From Rhynchobatus australiae (Eukaryota): a stretch of 64,000 nucleotides of DNA. The DNA is taken from contig JAUZTB010000076.1 of the NCBI GenBank assembly GCA_034780895.1, forward strand, positions 61,452,767-61,516,766. Reading direction: 5' to 3'. Below are positions 53,519 to 64,000 of this stretch, piece after piece. Positions within the stretch are counted from its first letter, which is position 1. The number at the start of each line of letters is the position of its first letter. Both the position numbers and the translations under genes were made by a program. The notes below the pieces were generated by a model. It ran no database searches. It saw nothing but the letters and a program-made list of their open reading frames with translations, and was not told the DNA's origin.

Positions 53519-54150
53519 ACATAGAAAGCCTAGAGCACAATTCAGGCCCTTTGGCCCACAAAGCTATGCTGAACATATAGTGTACCTTGCGCTAACATGT
53601 GCCTTAGAGACCCATAGCTCTCTATTTTTCTCAGCTCCATCTACCTATCCAAAAGTCTCTTAAAAGACCCTATCGCATCCGCCTCCACCACTGTTGCTGG
53701 TAGCCCATTCCACGTACTCACCATTCTCCAAGTAAAAAACTTAGCCCTGACATCTCCCCCATACCTACTCCCCAGCACCTTAAACCTGTGTCCTCTTGTG
53801 GCAACCATTTCAGCCCTGGGAAAAAGCCTCTGACTATCNNNNNNNNNNNNNNNNNNNNNNNNNNNNNNNNNNNNNNNNNNNNNNNNNNNNNNNNNNNNNN
53901 NNNNNNNNNNNNNNNNNNNNNNNNNNNNNNNNNNNNNNGACGATGCAAAGATCATCGTCAGAGGCTCCGCAATCTCCTCCCTCGCCTCCCACAGCAGCCT
54001 GGGGTACATCTCATCCGGTTCCAGAGACTTATCCAACTTGATGCTTTCCAAAAGCTCCACCACCTCCTCTTTCTTAATATCTACATGCTCAAGCTTTTCA
54101 GTCTGCTGCAAGTTACCATTACAATCACAAAGATCCTTTTCAATAGTGAT
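53519..54150 (-). mobile_element. CR1 LINE nested in RTE (gap inside)
   Basis: PRLLWEAREEIAEPL, TRGHRFKV, WNGLP, FKRLLDR. Confidence 0.88.
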
Positions 54151-54564
54151 TACTGAAGAAAAGTATTGAGACTATGATGTTGCCTTGCTTGACCCTGACC
54201 TTCACTGAGATTTGTTCCATATAGATCCATTGGTAAGTATTGTGGCTTGTGTGCCTTTGTGGAGCAAAACTGAGATGGAGATGACTTACTGTCAGCAGCC
54301 AGATTGCAGGAAGGAGTTCCATAGTCGCTTCCAATTGATGAAATCGAAAACTTCAGTGAGGTGAAGAATGTTGGTGTTGATCCTGTATTTTTCATAGAGT
54401 TGTCGTGCAGCAAAGTCCACGCCCACTGTACCTCTAGATCAATGGAATCCATATTGCAATTTAGGGAGCAGTTCTTTGGCCACTGGAAGGAGGTGGTTCT
54501 GAAGGACTATAGTAATAATTTTCCTTGTGGCATAGCAGGGAAACTGTTACAACAGTTGGACCTC

Positions 54565-54849
54565 TATGGCGAGCCACCTTCGATGCAAGCAAACTGGCTC
54601 CGAAAGCGGAGCACACGTCAGCAGGAAGGCCGGCCGCAAAATGGCGCTGGGCCTTCTTCAACAGCAAGGAGAGAAAGCCTGTGCGCGGGAAGAGTTTGGT
54701 AACGCACCGTGGGCATCACTTCCGCCAGGAGAGGGCAGGAAGTTAACGGTTTAAAAGCTAGCGCGGCAAGTTGAAAATAAACCAGTCTCAAGTTCAACAT
54801 TCTGACTGCGTGCCTTTATTCTTAGCTCAATGCGTAGCACTTCGCTACA
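54565..54849 (+). repeat. Gypsy 5' LTR
   Basis: tatggcgagccacc...cacttcgctaca; direct repeat of 58629-58911; TG start mutated to TA; contains AATAAA. Confidence 0.93.
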
Positions 54850-54850
54850 T

Positions 54851-54863
54851 CGATGACCCCGAC
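54851..54863 (+). promoter_or_regulatory. Primer binding site, tRNA-Trp type (degenerate)
   Basis: cgatgaccccgac matches TGGTGACCCCGAC (complement of the tRNA-Trp 3' end) at 11/13 positions, just after the 5' LTR. Confidence 0.75.
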
Positions 54864-54879
54864 AATTCAAATAGGATTT

Positions 54880-57800
54880 GGACTGAAGGTGATCGACTCT
54901 TCAGCTGTTTACGCAGTTTCACTTAAACTTCCAACTTTCTGGACGCTGCAATCACAACTGTGGTTTGACCAAGCAGAGGCACAGTTCCAGAGTCAGCAGA
55001 TATCTTCCAACTCCATGCACTACTATTACGTGGTGAGCTCCCTCAAACAGGAAACAGCTGCCCAGGTTGAGGTCTTCATTTAGTTGCCCCTGGAGGAAGG
55101 CAAATATGCAGCATTCAAAGCACTGCTCATAAGGACCTTCGACCTCTCCCGGCGGGAGCGAGGTGCCCACTTACTGCACCTGGATGGTTTGGGAGACGGG
55201 CCACCGTCAGCACTAATGAACGAAATGCTGGCCCTGGCTGACGGACACAAGCCCTGCCTCATGTTTGAGCAGGCGTTCCTAGAGCAACTGCCCGAAGACG
55301 TAAATCTGCTACTCGCCGACGCAGATTTCAGTGGCCCCCTCGGAAGGTGGCGGCCCGGGGCAACGTGCTGTGGAAGGCCAAGAGGGAAAGCGAGGCATCC
55401 GTCACACAGATCAGCAGGCCACGGCCCCAGTGGCAGGCCAGACCAGGCCCGGCGACGAAGCGCGCACAACCTAGAGGCAGGAGTGAGGGGGCCAATGTAC
55501 AGTGGTGTTTCTACCACCAACAGTGGGGCACAGAAGCCTGCCAGTGTTGCCCGCCCTGTGAGTTCCCAGGAAACGCCGAGGCCAGCCACCGCTGATGGCT
55601 ATGGCGACTGGCTACCAAGACAGCCTTTTGTTTGTCTGGGACAAACAATCGGGAAGCCGCTTCCTGGTCAACACCAGAGTGGAAATCAGCATCTTACCGC
55701 CGATGGGGCACGTCACCTGCAACAGGGAGCCAGGACCCGCCCTCAGGGCCGCGAATGGCAGCACGATACGGACCAATGGCACCGTACAATGCAGCTGCAG
55801 TTCGGCGCCAGCCGGTTCATGTGGGACTTCACACTGGCTGCCGTGGCCCGGCCACTCCTAGGGGTGGACTTCTTGCGGGCCCACAGCCTACTGGTTGATT
55901 TATGTGGGAAAAGACTGGTACATGTCAAGACTTTCCAGATGTTCTCCTTGGGCGAAGCCAAGTTGCTGGTCCCACACCTGGACTCTGTCATGCTGTCAGA
56001 CAACGAATTCACCGGAATCCTGGTGGACTTCCCATTGGTTCTGGCACCACAATTCACGGCAGCCATACCCAGACACAGAGTACAGCACCACATACCGACC
56101 AAGGGATCACCCCTCCATGCCTGTGCATGATAGCTGCCCCCGGACAAGCTCCGCCTGGCGAAAGAGGAGTTCAAGCGGATGGAAGAATTGGGGATCGTAC
56201 AGAGGTCCGACAGCCCATGGGCGTCCCCACTGCACTTGGTGCCCAAAGCAGCCGGAGGCTGTGCGGCAACTACCGTAGGCTGAACGAGGCTACAACCCCA
56301 GACCGCTACCCCGTACCTCACATACAGGACTTTGCAGCAGACCTGCACAGGGCAAGCATCTTTTCCAAAGTGGACCTCATCCAGGGATACCATCAAATCC
56401 CAGTACACCCTGAAGACATCCCCAAGACAGCGCTCATCACCCCGTTCGGCCTTTTCGAGTTCCTCCAAATGCCATTTGGCCTGAAGAAGGCCGCACAGAC
56501 GTTCCAGCGGCTAATGGATGCAGCAGGACATGACCTGGACTTTGCATTCATCTATTTGGACGACATCCTCTTGGCCCGCTGTAATCGTCAGGAGCACCTG
56601 TCCCAACTCCGCCAGCTCTACTCCCACCTGAATGATTTTGGCCTCACCATCAACCCGGCCAAATGCCAGTTTGGACTTGACACCATCGACTTCCTGGGCC
56701 ACAAGGATTACCAAAGATGGGGCAACACCCCTGCCCGCCAAGGTAGACGTGATCTGCCACTTCGCCCGGCCCAACAGTCAAAGGCTTGCAGGAATCCGTT
56801 GGTATGGTCAACTTCTACCGCCATTTCCTCCCCTCAGCCGCCCGAGTCATGTGCCCTGTGTTCACCCTGATGTCGGGTAAAGGCAAGGGCATTATTTGGG
56901 ACAAAGAGGCTGTGGCCACTTTCGTTAAAGCCAAGGAAGCCTTGGCAGACGCCGCGATGCTGGTGCACCCCAGAACGGATGTTCCAACCGCCCTCACAGT
57001 GGACGCGTCCAACATGGCAGTCGGTGGGGTGCTGGAACAACTCATCGAGGGGCGCTGGCAACACTTGGTGTGCCGCTGGCGACACAGCAAGCGCCTGCGG
57101 CAATCGGAACTCAAGTACAGTGTTTTCGACCGGGAGCTGTTGGCACTATACCTGGTAATCCGACATTTCCGGTAGGCCGTTCACCGCATTCACAAGCCAC
57201 AAACCATTGACTTTCACCTTCATGAATGTGTCCAATCCTCCCTGGTCGGCCAGTCAGCAGTGACATCTGTCCTACATCTCCAAGTACATGACGGACATCC
57301 AGCATGTCTCGGGAAAGGACGATATCATGGCGGACGCACTCTCCAGACCAGCTATCCAGGCCCTGTCCCAGGGAGTGGACTACACAGCACTAGTGGAGAT
57401 ACAGCAGGCGGACGACGAGTTGCCCAGCTACAGGACCGCAGTCTCAGGTTTGCAGCTGCAAGACTTCCTAATAGGCCCAGGTGGGAGGACCCTCCTAAGC
57501 AACATAGCTACCAGCCAACCTCACCCCAAACTGGCAGCAGCGAGTTTTCGGCCATACGCAGTTTGGTGCACCCATCCCTTAGGACAACCGTCCGGATGGT
57601 CTCCAGCGGGTTCATATGGCACAGACTTCACAAGCAGGTTAGCAAATGGGCCAAAATATGCGTGCAGTGTCAAATGACCAAAGTGCAGCGACACACCAAG
57701 GCCCCACCGCAGCAGTTTGAATCTACCCACCAGAGGTTCGACAACGTTCATGTGGATATTGTGGGGCCCCTGCCAGTGTTGAGAGGAGCACAGTACTTCC

Positions 57801-58570
57801 TAACTATGGTAGACCAGTTCACGAGGTGGCCAGAGGCAGCCCCACTCACTGACACCACCACCGATTCCTGCGCCCAAGCACTGATTGCAACCTGGGTAGC
57901 ATGCTTTGGGGTACCGGCCCACATTACCTCTAACAGAGGCACCCAGTTCACCTCCAGCCTGTGGTCGGCTGTGACCAGCCTGTTGGGAGCATGTTTACAC
58001 CACACAACCGCCTACCGCCTACCACCCACAGTCGAATGGGCTAGTGGAACATTTCCACCGCCACTTGAAGTCGGCTCTCATGGCCCACCTAAAAAGGCCT
58101 AACTGGGTGGATGAGCTCCTCTGGATCCTGCTGGGAATCTGCACAGCACCCTAAGAGAATCTGCACACCTCATTGGCCAAACTGGTGTAAGGCGCACCTC
58201 TGGTCATCCCAGGGGAGTTCATACCAGCCCCAAGGGGGCAAGAGGAAGAACCAGCGGCAGTCCTGGACAGACGACATGTCAACCTGGTCCCCGTTCCGAC
58301 TTCACGACACGGACAAACCCCGACCTGCGTACCCAAAGACCTGCAGAACTGTAAGTTTGTTTTTGTTTGAAGGGGCGCACACCAGACACTGCTACAGTGG
58401 CCGTTCAAAGTACTGAGGAACAACAGGTCCATGTACATTCTGGACATTGAGGGGAAAGAAGAAATTTTCAAGGTGGACCGGCTCAAATTGGCGCACGTGG
58501 ACTTGTCGCAGACTGTCGAGGCTCAGGCTCCACGACACAGAGGCAGACTGCCCAAACAGCGACTGTCCCA
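54880..58570 (+). pseudogene. Disrupted Gypsy gag-pol (Gag, protease, RT, RNase H, integrase)
   Basis: Gag SLKLPTFW..WFDQAEAQF and CFYH..C..PC; protease FLVNTRVEIS (decayed DTG); RT DRYPVPHI, GLFEFLQMPFGL, YLDD; RNase H TVDASNMAVGGVLEQ; integrase HVDIVGPLP, TSNRGTQF; several stops and frameshifts. Confidence 0.93.
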
Positions 58571-58610
58571 GACTGTGGACTTTGGGGGGGGGGTTTATTG
58601 CTGGTTCTTC

Positions 58611-58625
58611 GGGGGGGGGGGGGGG
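58611..58625 (+). promoter_or_regulatory. Polypurine tract of Gypsy element
   Basis: G15 run ending 3 nt before the 3' LTR start tgtggcg. Confidence 0.8.
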
Positions 58626-58628
58626 TTA

Positions 58629-58911
58629 TGTGGCGACCCACCTTCAATGCAAGCGAACCGGCTCTGAAAACGGAGTGCGCGTTGTCAGGAACGCCAGCCG
58701 CAAAGTGGCACTGGGCCTCCTCCTTCAACGGCGAGGGGAGAAAGCCCGCACATGGGAAGTTACTTTTGCCCAGAGAGGGCGGGAAGTTAACGGTTTAAAA
58801 GCTAAGAATAAAGTTGGAATCTTTAAATGAAGTTGAAAATAAACCAGTCTCGAGTTCAACCTTCTGACTGCGTGCCTTTATTCTTAGCTCAGTGCATAGC
58901 ACTTCGCTACA
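58629..58911 (+). repeat. Gypsy 3' LTR
   Basis: tgtggcgacccacc...cacttcgctaca; TG...CA termini. Confidence 0.93.
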
Positions 58912-59554
58912 CCTCTCACCTTTCTTGAAGATTGTTATTACAGCATCTTTGAACTCCTCAGTATTTTGGAGACACTTAATAGAAACATCACTAAACAAGA
59001 AGTTGACACTGAAGCATATAAAGACGTGGTAGGCCAGTACCTAAAAACTTCATCAAAGAGATGGAAGCAGAAAAGAAGAAAGGTTTTTTAAGTAAATTTC
59101 AGAGCTTAGTGCCTTGGCAGCTGGTGACACAGCTAACATTTTAGTATGCGTTTATCAATTTTCAGAGTACAGTAGGGGACATTGGTTGTGTTCACTGGAA
59201 ACATATGATTTAAGTATCAGAGCTCTAGCATTAGTTTGCAGTAAGCAAATTTTATGAGCTCCAAAACTAAAAAGTGAAAATTTAACAGAGAATTCTTACC
59301 TGAATTTTATCTAAACAAAATTGAAAGCTCGCTACAGGGTCAGCTTTCTTTAGAAGTAGTACTTTAGAACTGAAGGAAATACTGAATTAAACAAATCTTT
59401 AGCCCTCAAAGTTTGTTTTTTACAGTCAATCTGTTGCACAGATTGTAACATTAAATATACCTAATTTACTTAGTTGTCCAAAGGAAACAATTGCAATTAA
59501 AATTCCAAGAAGGTGAAGCTCTTCAAATGTTCCATCAACTTTATGAGTAACACA

Positions 59555-60760
59555 AGTATTGGTATTGGTTTATTATTGTCACTTGCACTGAGGTACAGTA
59601 AAAAAACTTGTCTTGCATACCATTTGTACAGATCAATTCATTGCACTATGCATTGAGGTAGTACAGGGTAAAAACAATAACAGAATACAGAGTAAAGTGT
59701 CACAGCTACAGGGAAGTGCATTGCANNNNNNNNNNNNNNNNNNNNNNNNNNNNNNNNNNNNNNNNNNNNNNNNNNNNNNNNNNNNNNNNNNNNNNNNNNN
59801 NNNNNNNNNNNNNNNNNNNNNNNNNTGCAGTTACATTGAGTTAGTACAGAGTGCATTGATGTAGTACAGGTAAGAACAATAACAGTACAGAGTAAAGTGT
59901 CAGAGCTACAGAGGAAATGCAGTGCAGCTACACAATAAGGTGCAAGGTCACAACAAGGTAGATTGTGAGGTCAAGAGTCCATCTCATCGTTTCAGGGAAC
60001 CATTCAATAGTCTTATCACAGAGGGATAGAAGCTGTCCTTGAGCTTGGTGGTATGTGCCCTCAGGCTCCTGTCTGTTCTACCCAATTGAAGAGGAGAGAA
60101 GAGAGAATGACCTGGGTGGGTGGGGTCTTTGATCATGCTAGCTGCTTCACCAAGGCAGCAAGAGGTAAAGACATGGAGGGGAGGCTGGTTTCTGTGATGT
60201 GCTGACCTGTGTCCACGATGCTTTGCAATTTCTTGTGGTCCCGGGCAGAGCAGTTGCCATACCAAGCTGTGATGCATCCAGATGGGATGCTTTCTATGGT
60301 GCATTGATAAAAGTTAGTGAGTGTCAAAGAGGGCAATCTGAATTTCTCTAGCCTCCTGAGGAAGTAGAGGTGCTGGTGAGCTTTCTTGGCTGTGGCATCT
60401 ATGTCATTGGACCAGTACAGGTTATTGGTGATGATCACTCCTAGGAACTTGAAGGTCTCAACCTTCTCGACCTCAGCACTGTTGGTGCAGACAGGTGCAT
60501 GTACACCACCCACTTTCCTGAAGTCAATTACCAGCTCTTTTGTTTTGTTAACATTGAGGCAAAGGTTGTTATCATGACACCAAGTCACTAAGCTCCCTGT
60601 CTCCTTCCTGTACTATGTCTCATCATTATTTGAGATACAGCCTACTACGGTGGTATCATCTGCAAACTTGTAGATGGAGTTAGAGCAGAATCTGGCCACG
60701 CCATCATGAATCTATAGGGAGTAGAGTAGAGGCCTGAGGACATAGCCTTGTGGGGCACGT
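59555..60760 (-). mobile_element. Rex1/Babar LINE, 5'-truncated
   Basis: WCHDNNLCLNVNKTKELVIDFRK, FKFLGV, LYFLRRL motifs. Confidence 0.9.
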
Positions 60761-62924
60761 TTGAATACAAGGGAGAGAGGTAAAGTGGATTTTGGAAGGG
60801 AGATCTGGAGTTCAGGAATAAATTGCTTGGAAGAATGGCCAACATCAATAAAGAGGATGGGAGGAAATAATTTCAATTTTGGAATGAGTTGTATGTACCA
60901 AAATCACAATTTTTTGTAGCTATGAAGCAATGAAACAATAACAAAATTTCCCTTCCGTGACTTTTAATGAAAATTCTTATAAATAAGAGAACTGCCTCAG
61001 TTTTTACTTGAAGTGCCTTGAACTGATTAAGGCAAATAACCATTGGGTAAGGCCTTAATTAATTCTCCTATCTTTGTTATGGCAGATAACCTGTGGATCA
61101 TTATTTCAGAAAAATACTTCTTAGACTTCAAAAATACCAAATACTATATCAATTTAACAGTAGAAGGATGCAACTCAGTAATTTTTCTTTGACCTCTTTT
61201 TACATCATTTTCTTTTTCCATTATCTGTACATGACCTTCCAAATCTTTAAACCTTGGAATCTTTGAATGTTAAAATAGGTTTCTTGTTTTCTAATATGAA
61301 AGTTCATTATTATTTAAAAGTGAAATTATTATGTGATCATATCACTTGACTGCAAGTAAATGTGGTTTATGTAATAATGCATCTTTGAGCTTTGGCAGCA
61401 TTGGTCAAATTTGTTATGATTAAATGTAAATTTGCTTATGATTGGCTTTCCATTTTTTCCAAAAATATTAGATTAACGTGATTCTCACTATCATTGAACT
61501 GTCCTTCCTTGCTGCGCAATTGTTTTGTCTTAATATCCAAACAGCAGAAACAACACAATTGCTTTAATTGATTGTAAGCATCACTCTGAAATCCTATCCC
61601 ACAAAGGTCACTATTATTCCAAATTTTGCCAACATCCATTGGCTGTCTCTCTCCCAGTTTTTTGTTATTTTAAGAACCTCATCTTTATTTTTTAACCCAT
61701 CTCCAGACTCAGCTCTTCCTTCATCTGCAACCTTTATTGCCCAGCTTCAGCAGTCCTTCTGTCAACTCTGCTCTTGCAACAATCTGAGACCGTACTGTGA
61801 AATATTCTCTAAGTCACTTTGTCTTGGTACATCTGCATAAGGCCCACATGCCTCCCTCAATTTCAAAACTTGCCTTTTGGGTTTGTGCATTTTGTGTTCA
61901 TATTATCTGAAGGACTCATTTGCTATGGATCTGATACTGGAGCTGTTTTTCATAAAATGCAAAGTTTACATTTCCATACTTGGGCCTCAGAGTTGCATAT
62001 ACTTTTCTCAAATAGCAAAATTGTGCAGGTATTTAAAGCTGCCACAGAATTATTTAACACTTATAATGTATTGAGGTGAAATTTCTTGAAAAAAATCCAT
62101 TTTGATTTTATAGTGCCTTTTGGATGTCTGTATTTGCTTTTCTCCTTGTGACATTTTCCAATGTTTTGACTGCTTTCCAAAACTTTGCTCAGTTGTATTC
62201 ATAGGGGACTTTTATTTCCAGTAGTTAGTTGCTCAACTATTTCACACTCGGGCATGGCAAAGGGTGTGTAGTATTTGGTGTGAAGGAATGCAGACATTGA
62301 TTCACTCAGAAAGTGACTACAAACTACAAGTTATTTGACAAAGTCATGTTCTGTTCTGTGATTTTTTTCTTGGTGGGCAGAGCAATCTGCCTGGAATGTT
62401 TGGCACTGAGGTATTTTTAGAATGCTGCATTAATTATATAAATTGTCAGATACCTTCTGATTCACATATGCCTTTTGTGAGATCTTATTCGGCATTACTG
62501 TGAACACACTAGTTCCCTAGACCAGACAGTTACAAGAACCATTGAAGTCCTTCATTTGACCTATTATAGCTTTCAGTGAGAAATCTTCATCCTCTTATGA
62601 AGTTGGCTGTGTCCCAACACTTGAAATAAAAAGTCAAGTGCTGAATCACTGTAAATTATACATATTACTGTATTCTTTGACAAATGCAATAACCAATGGG
62701 CATCTTTGGAACAATATATTCCTGCAATGAGGAAGGGAAGAAAAGCAACCAAGTACAAATTGTCCCAATTCTCTTAAAATCTATTTGCTGCACAAAGTTT
62801 TTAGAAAAAGATCATTTTTTTCAGGAATGAAAGAATTTAGATTAAAAACTTAGTAGCTTGTGGTAGTCAGTAATGTAGGGTAATTATGATATATTCAACA
62901 AATAAGCCTCAACATATAGAAGAA

Positions 62925-63085
62925 AATCAAAAAAACTGCAGATGCTGGAAATCTGAAATAAAGAGAGAAATGCTGAAAATACTCAGAGGCTCAGGCAGAA
63001 TCTGTGGAGGGAGAACATTCTCCAGAACTGAAATGTCATCAATCTAAAACATTAACTCTGTTTCTCTCTCCACAGATGAATGTTT
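62925..63085. mobile_element. Penelope-derived inverted terminal pair
   Basis: Same family as 4630-4805 and 14520-14650; atctgtggagggagaac pairs with tttctctctccacagat. Confidence 0.6.
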
Positions 63086-63094
63086 TTATCATTT

Positions 63095-63615
63095 GCAATC
63101 CAACCTTTTTCAATCTTTTTTATTAGTTTTCAAATCAATACAGATTAATATATAGCATCAATGTTCATATATGTATTACAAAGAGATCTGGATAACACAT
63201 GTCTTAGATTATCATACAATAAAATATTTTAAAAAACAATTTGTAGGTCCAACGATCTTAGTTAATGAATGAAGTATAAAAGAAAGGAAAGAAAAGTTTA
63301 TTATATAAATTAACAAAAAGAAAAATAAACCCCAAATCAATAAAAAAATATCATAAACAATGTAAAGTACATTAAACTAAGAAAACAAAAACTTAAAAAA
63401 ACAAAACAAAAACTGGGCTAAAATTTCTCAGTAGAAACAGAGCAATATTATGTCATCAACTCTGTCCTCTAAATTAAAAAAATATTGAAGGGGGATCTAC
63501 ACCATGTGAAAATATTGAATAAATGGACTCCAAATGTCTTCAAATTTAAGTGAAGGATCAACAGTACCACTCCTAATCTTTTCCAGGTTTAAACATGATA
63601 TAGTTTGAGAGAAAT
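63095..63615 (-). mobile_element. L1-clade LINE 3' end
   Basis: Minus strand reads FSQTISCLNLEKIRSGTVDPSLKFEDIWSPFIQYF, followed by a T-rich 3' UTR. Confidence 0.65.
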
Positions 63616-63699
63616 TTTCTAAATTATTAGCTTCTTCTTTGATTATAGATTTGAGTATCTTCTCAACAGCAGATGTTATGCTAAGCGATATAGAGTTTC

Positions 63700-64000
63700 C
63701 CCCTTTTTTATCTCTCTTTCAAATTTGCAATTTTCCAATCCACTGGTACCATCCCAGAATTGAGTTTTGAAAAGCTTCAATGAATGGCTCTGATATTTTT
63801 AAAAATCTTGGGTGCAGGTAATTGGGTCCTGGCAATTTATCTGCCTTTAGGCTCATTAGATTTTCCAACACTTTTGCCCCTTGTCATTGGGATTAGTACA
63901 AGTTCTTCCTTCCAATCTCAAACCACCCCATGTGTTATCCTTGGGACATTTGCAGTACCCCCCACTGTGAAAACTGATGCAATGTATTGGTTTAATTTAT
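63700..64000 (-). mobile_element. CR1/L2 RT N-terminal fragment
   Basis: gggtcctggcaatttatctgc (DK.PGP-like), gtgaaaactgatgca (FASVFT-like). Confidence 0.55.

Larger units (their letters stand above)
54565..58911 (+). mobile_element. Full-length, inactivated Ty3/Gypsy LTR retrotransposon
   Basis: Two ~285-bp LTRs ending ttcgctaca, 4-bp TSD CCTC (54561-54564 and 58912-58915), PBS, PPT, domain order gag-PR-RT-RH-IN. Confidence 0.97.
52590..58985 (-). mobile_element. RTE LINE interrupted by a CR1 (53519-54150) and the Gypsy provirus
   Basis: Collinear RT motifs on minus: EEFKDAVITIFKKGER | NHLLPVAKELLP, VRVKQG | SIFLEVLHL, AADDAC, KALERYHQCCLCKIL. Confidence 0.85.

Noticed and set aside
55084-58102. 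Longest ORFs (348, 322, 280 aa) as possible novel genes
   Set aside because: Frameshifted pieces of Gypsy gag-pol fused to off-frame sequence
59630-59930. Repeated Rex1 3'-UTR segment across a gap
   Set aside because: Gap-adjacent; likely mis-joined repeat copies, cannot be interpreted
1-64000. Nested ANGPTL1, neighbouring FAM20B, tRNA/rRNA genes, CRISPR arrays, prokaryotic systems
   Set aside because: No matching sequence seen; the window is vertebrate intronic and intergenic DNA

Overview
Vertebrate genomic DNA from a gapped draft assembly. The repeat families (CR1/L2, Rex1/Babar, RTE, Penelope, Deu-type SINE) suggest a cartilaginous fish, probably a ray or shark; that assignment is inference. 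The only host gene I can support is the 3' end of RALGPS2 on the + strand: four PH-domain exons (19189-19281, 22306-22411, 22660-22751, 36815-36844) that splice in frame and are missed by the ORF track, followed by a repeat-poor 3' UTR. The rest is mostly decayed, often nested, transposable elements. These include a full-length but disabled Ty3/Gypsy provirus (54565-58911; CCTC target duplication, tRNA-Trp-type PBS) inside an RTE LINE. The most unusual object is an element at 43131-43673 with about 190-bp-plus inverted arms, TGTTA...TAACA ends and a 4-bp CAAC target duplication (Ginger-like or inverted-LTR); its core lies in an assembly gap. There are also two apparent templated-insertion scars and two orphan candidate exons. 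I found no convincing novel multi-gene system. Repeat family calls come from remembered motifs, and boundaries of old repeats are approximate.
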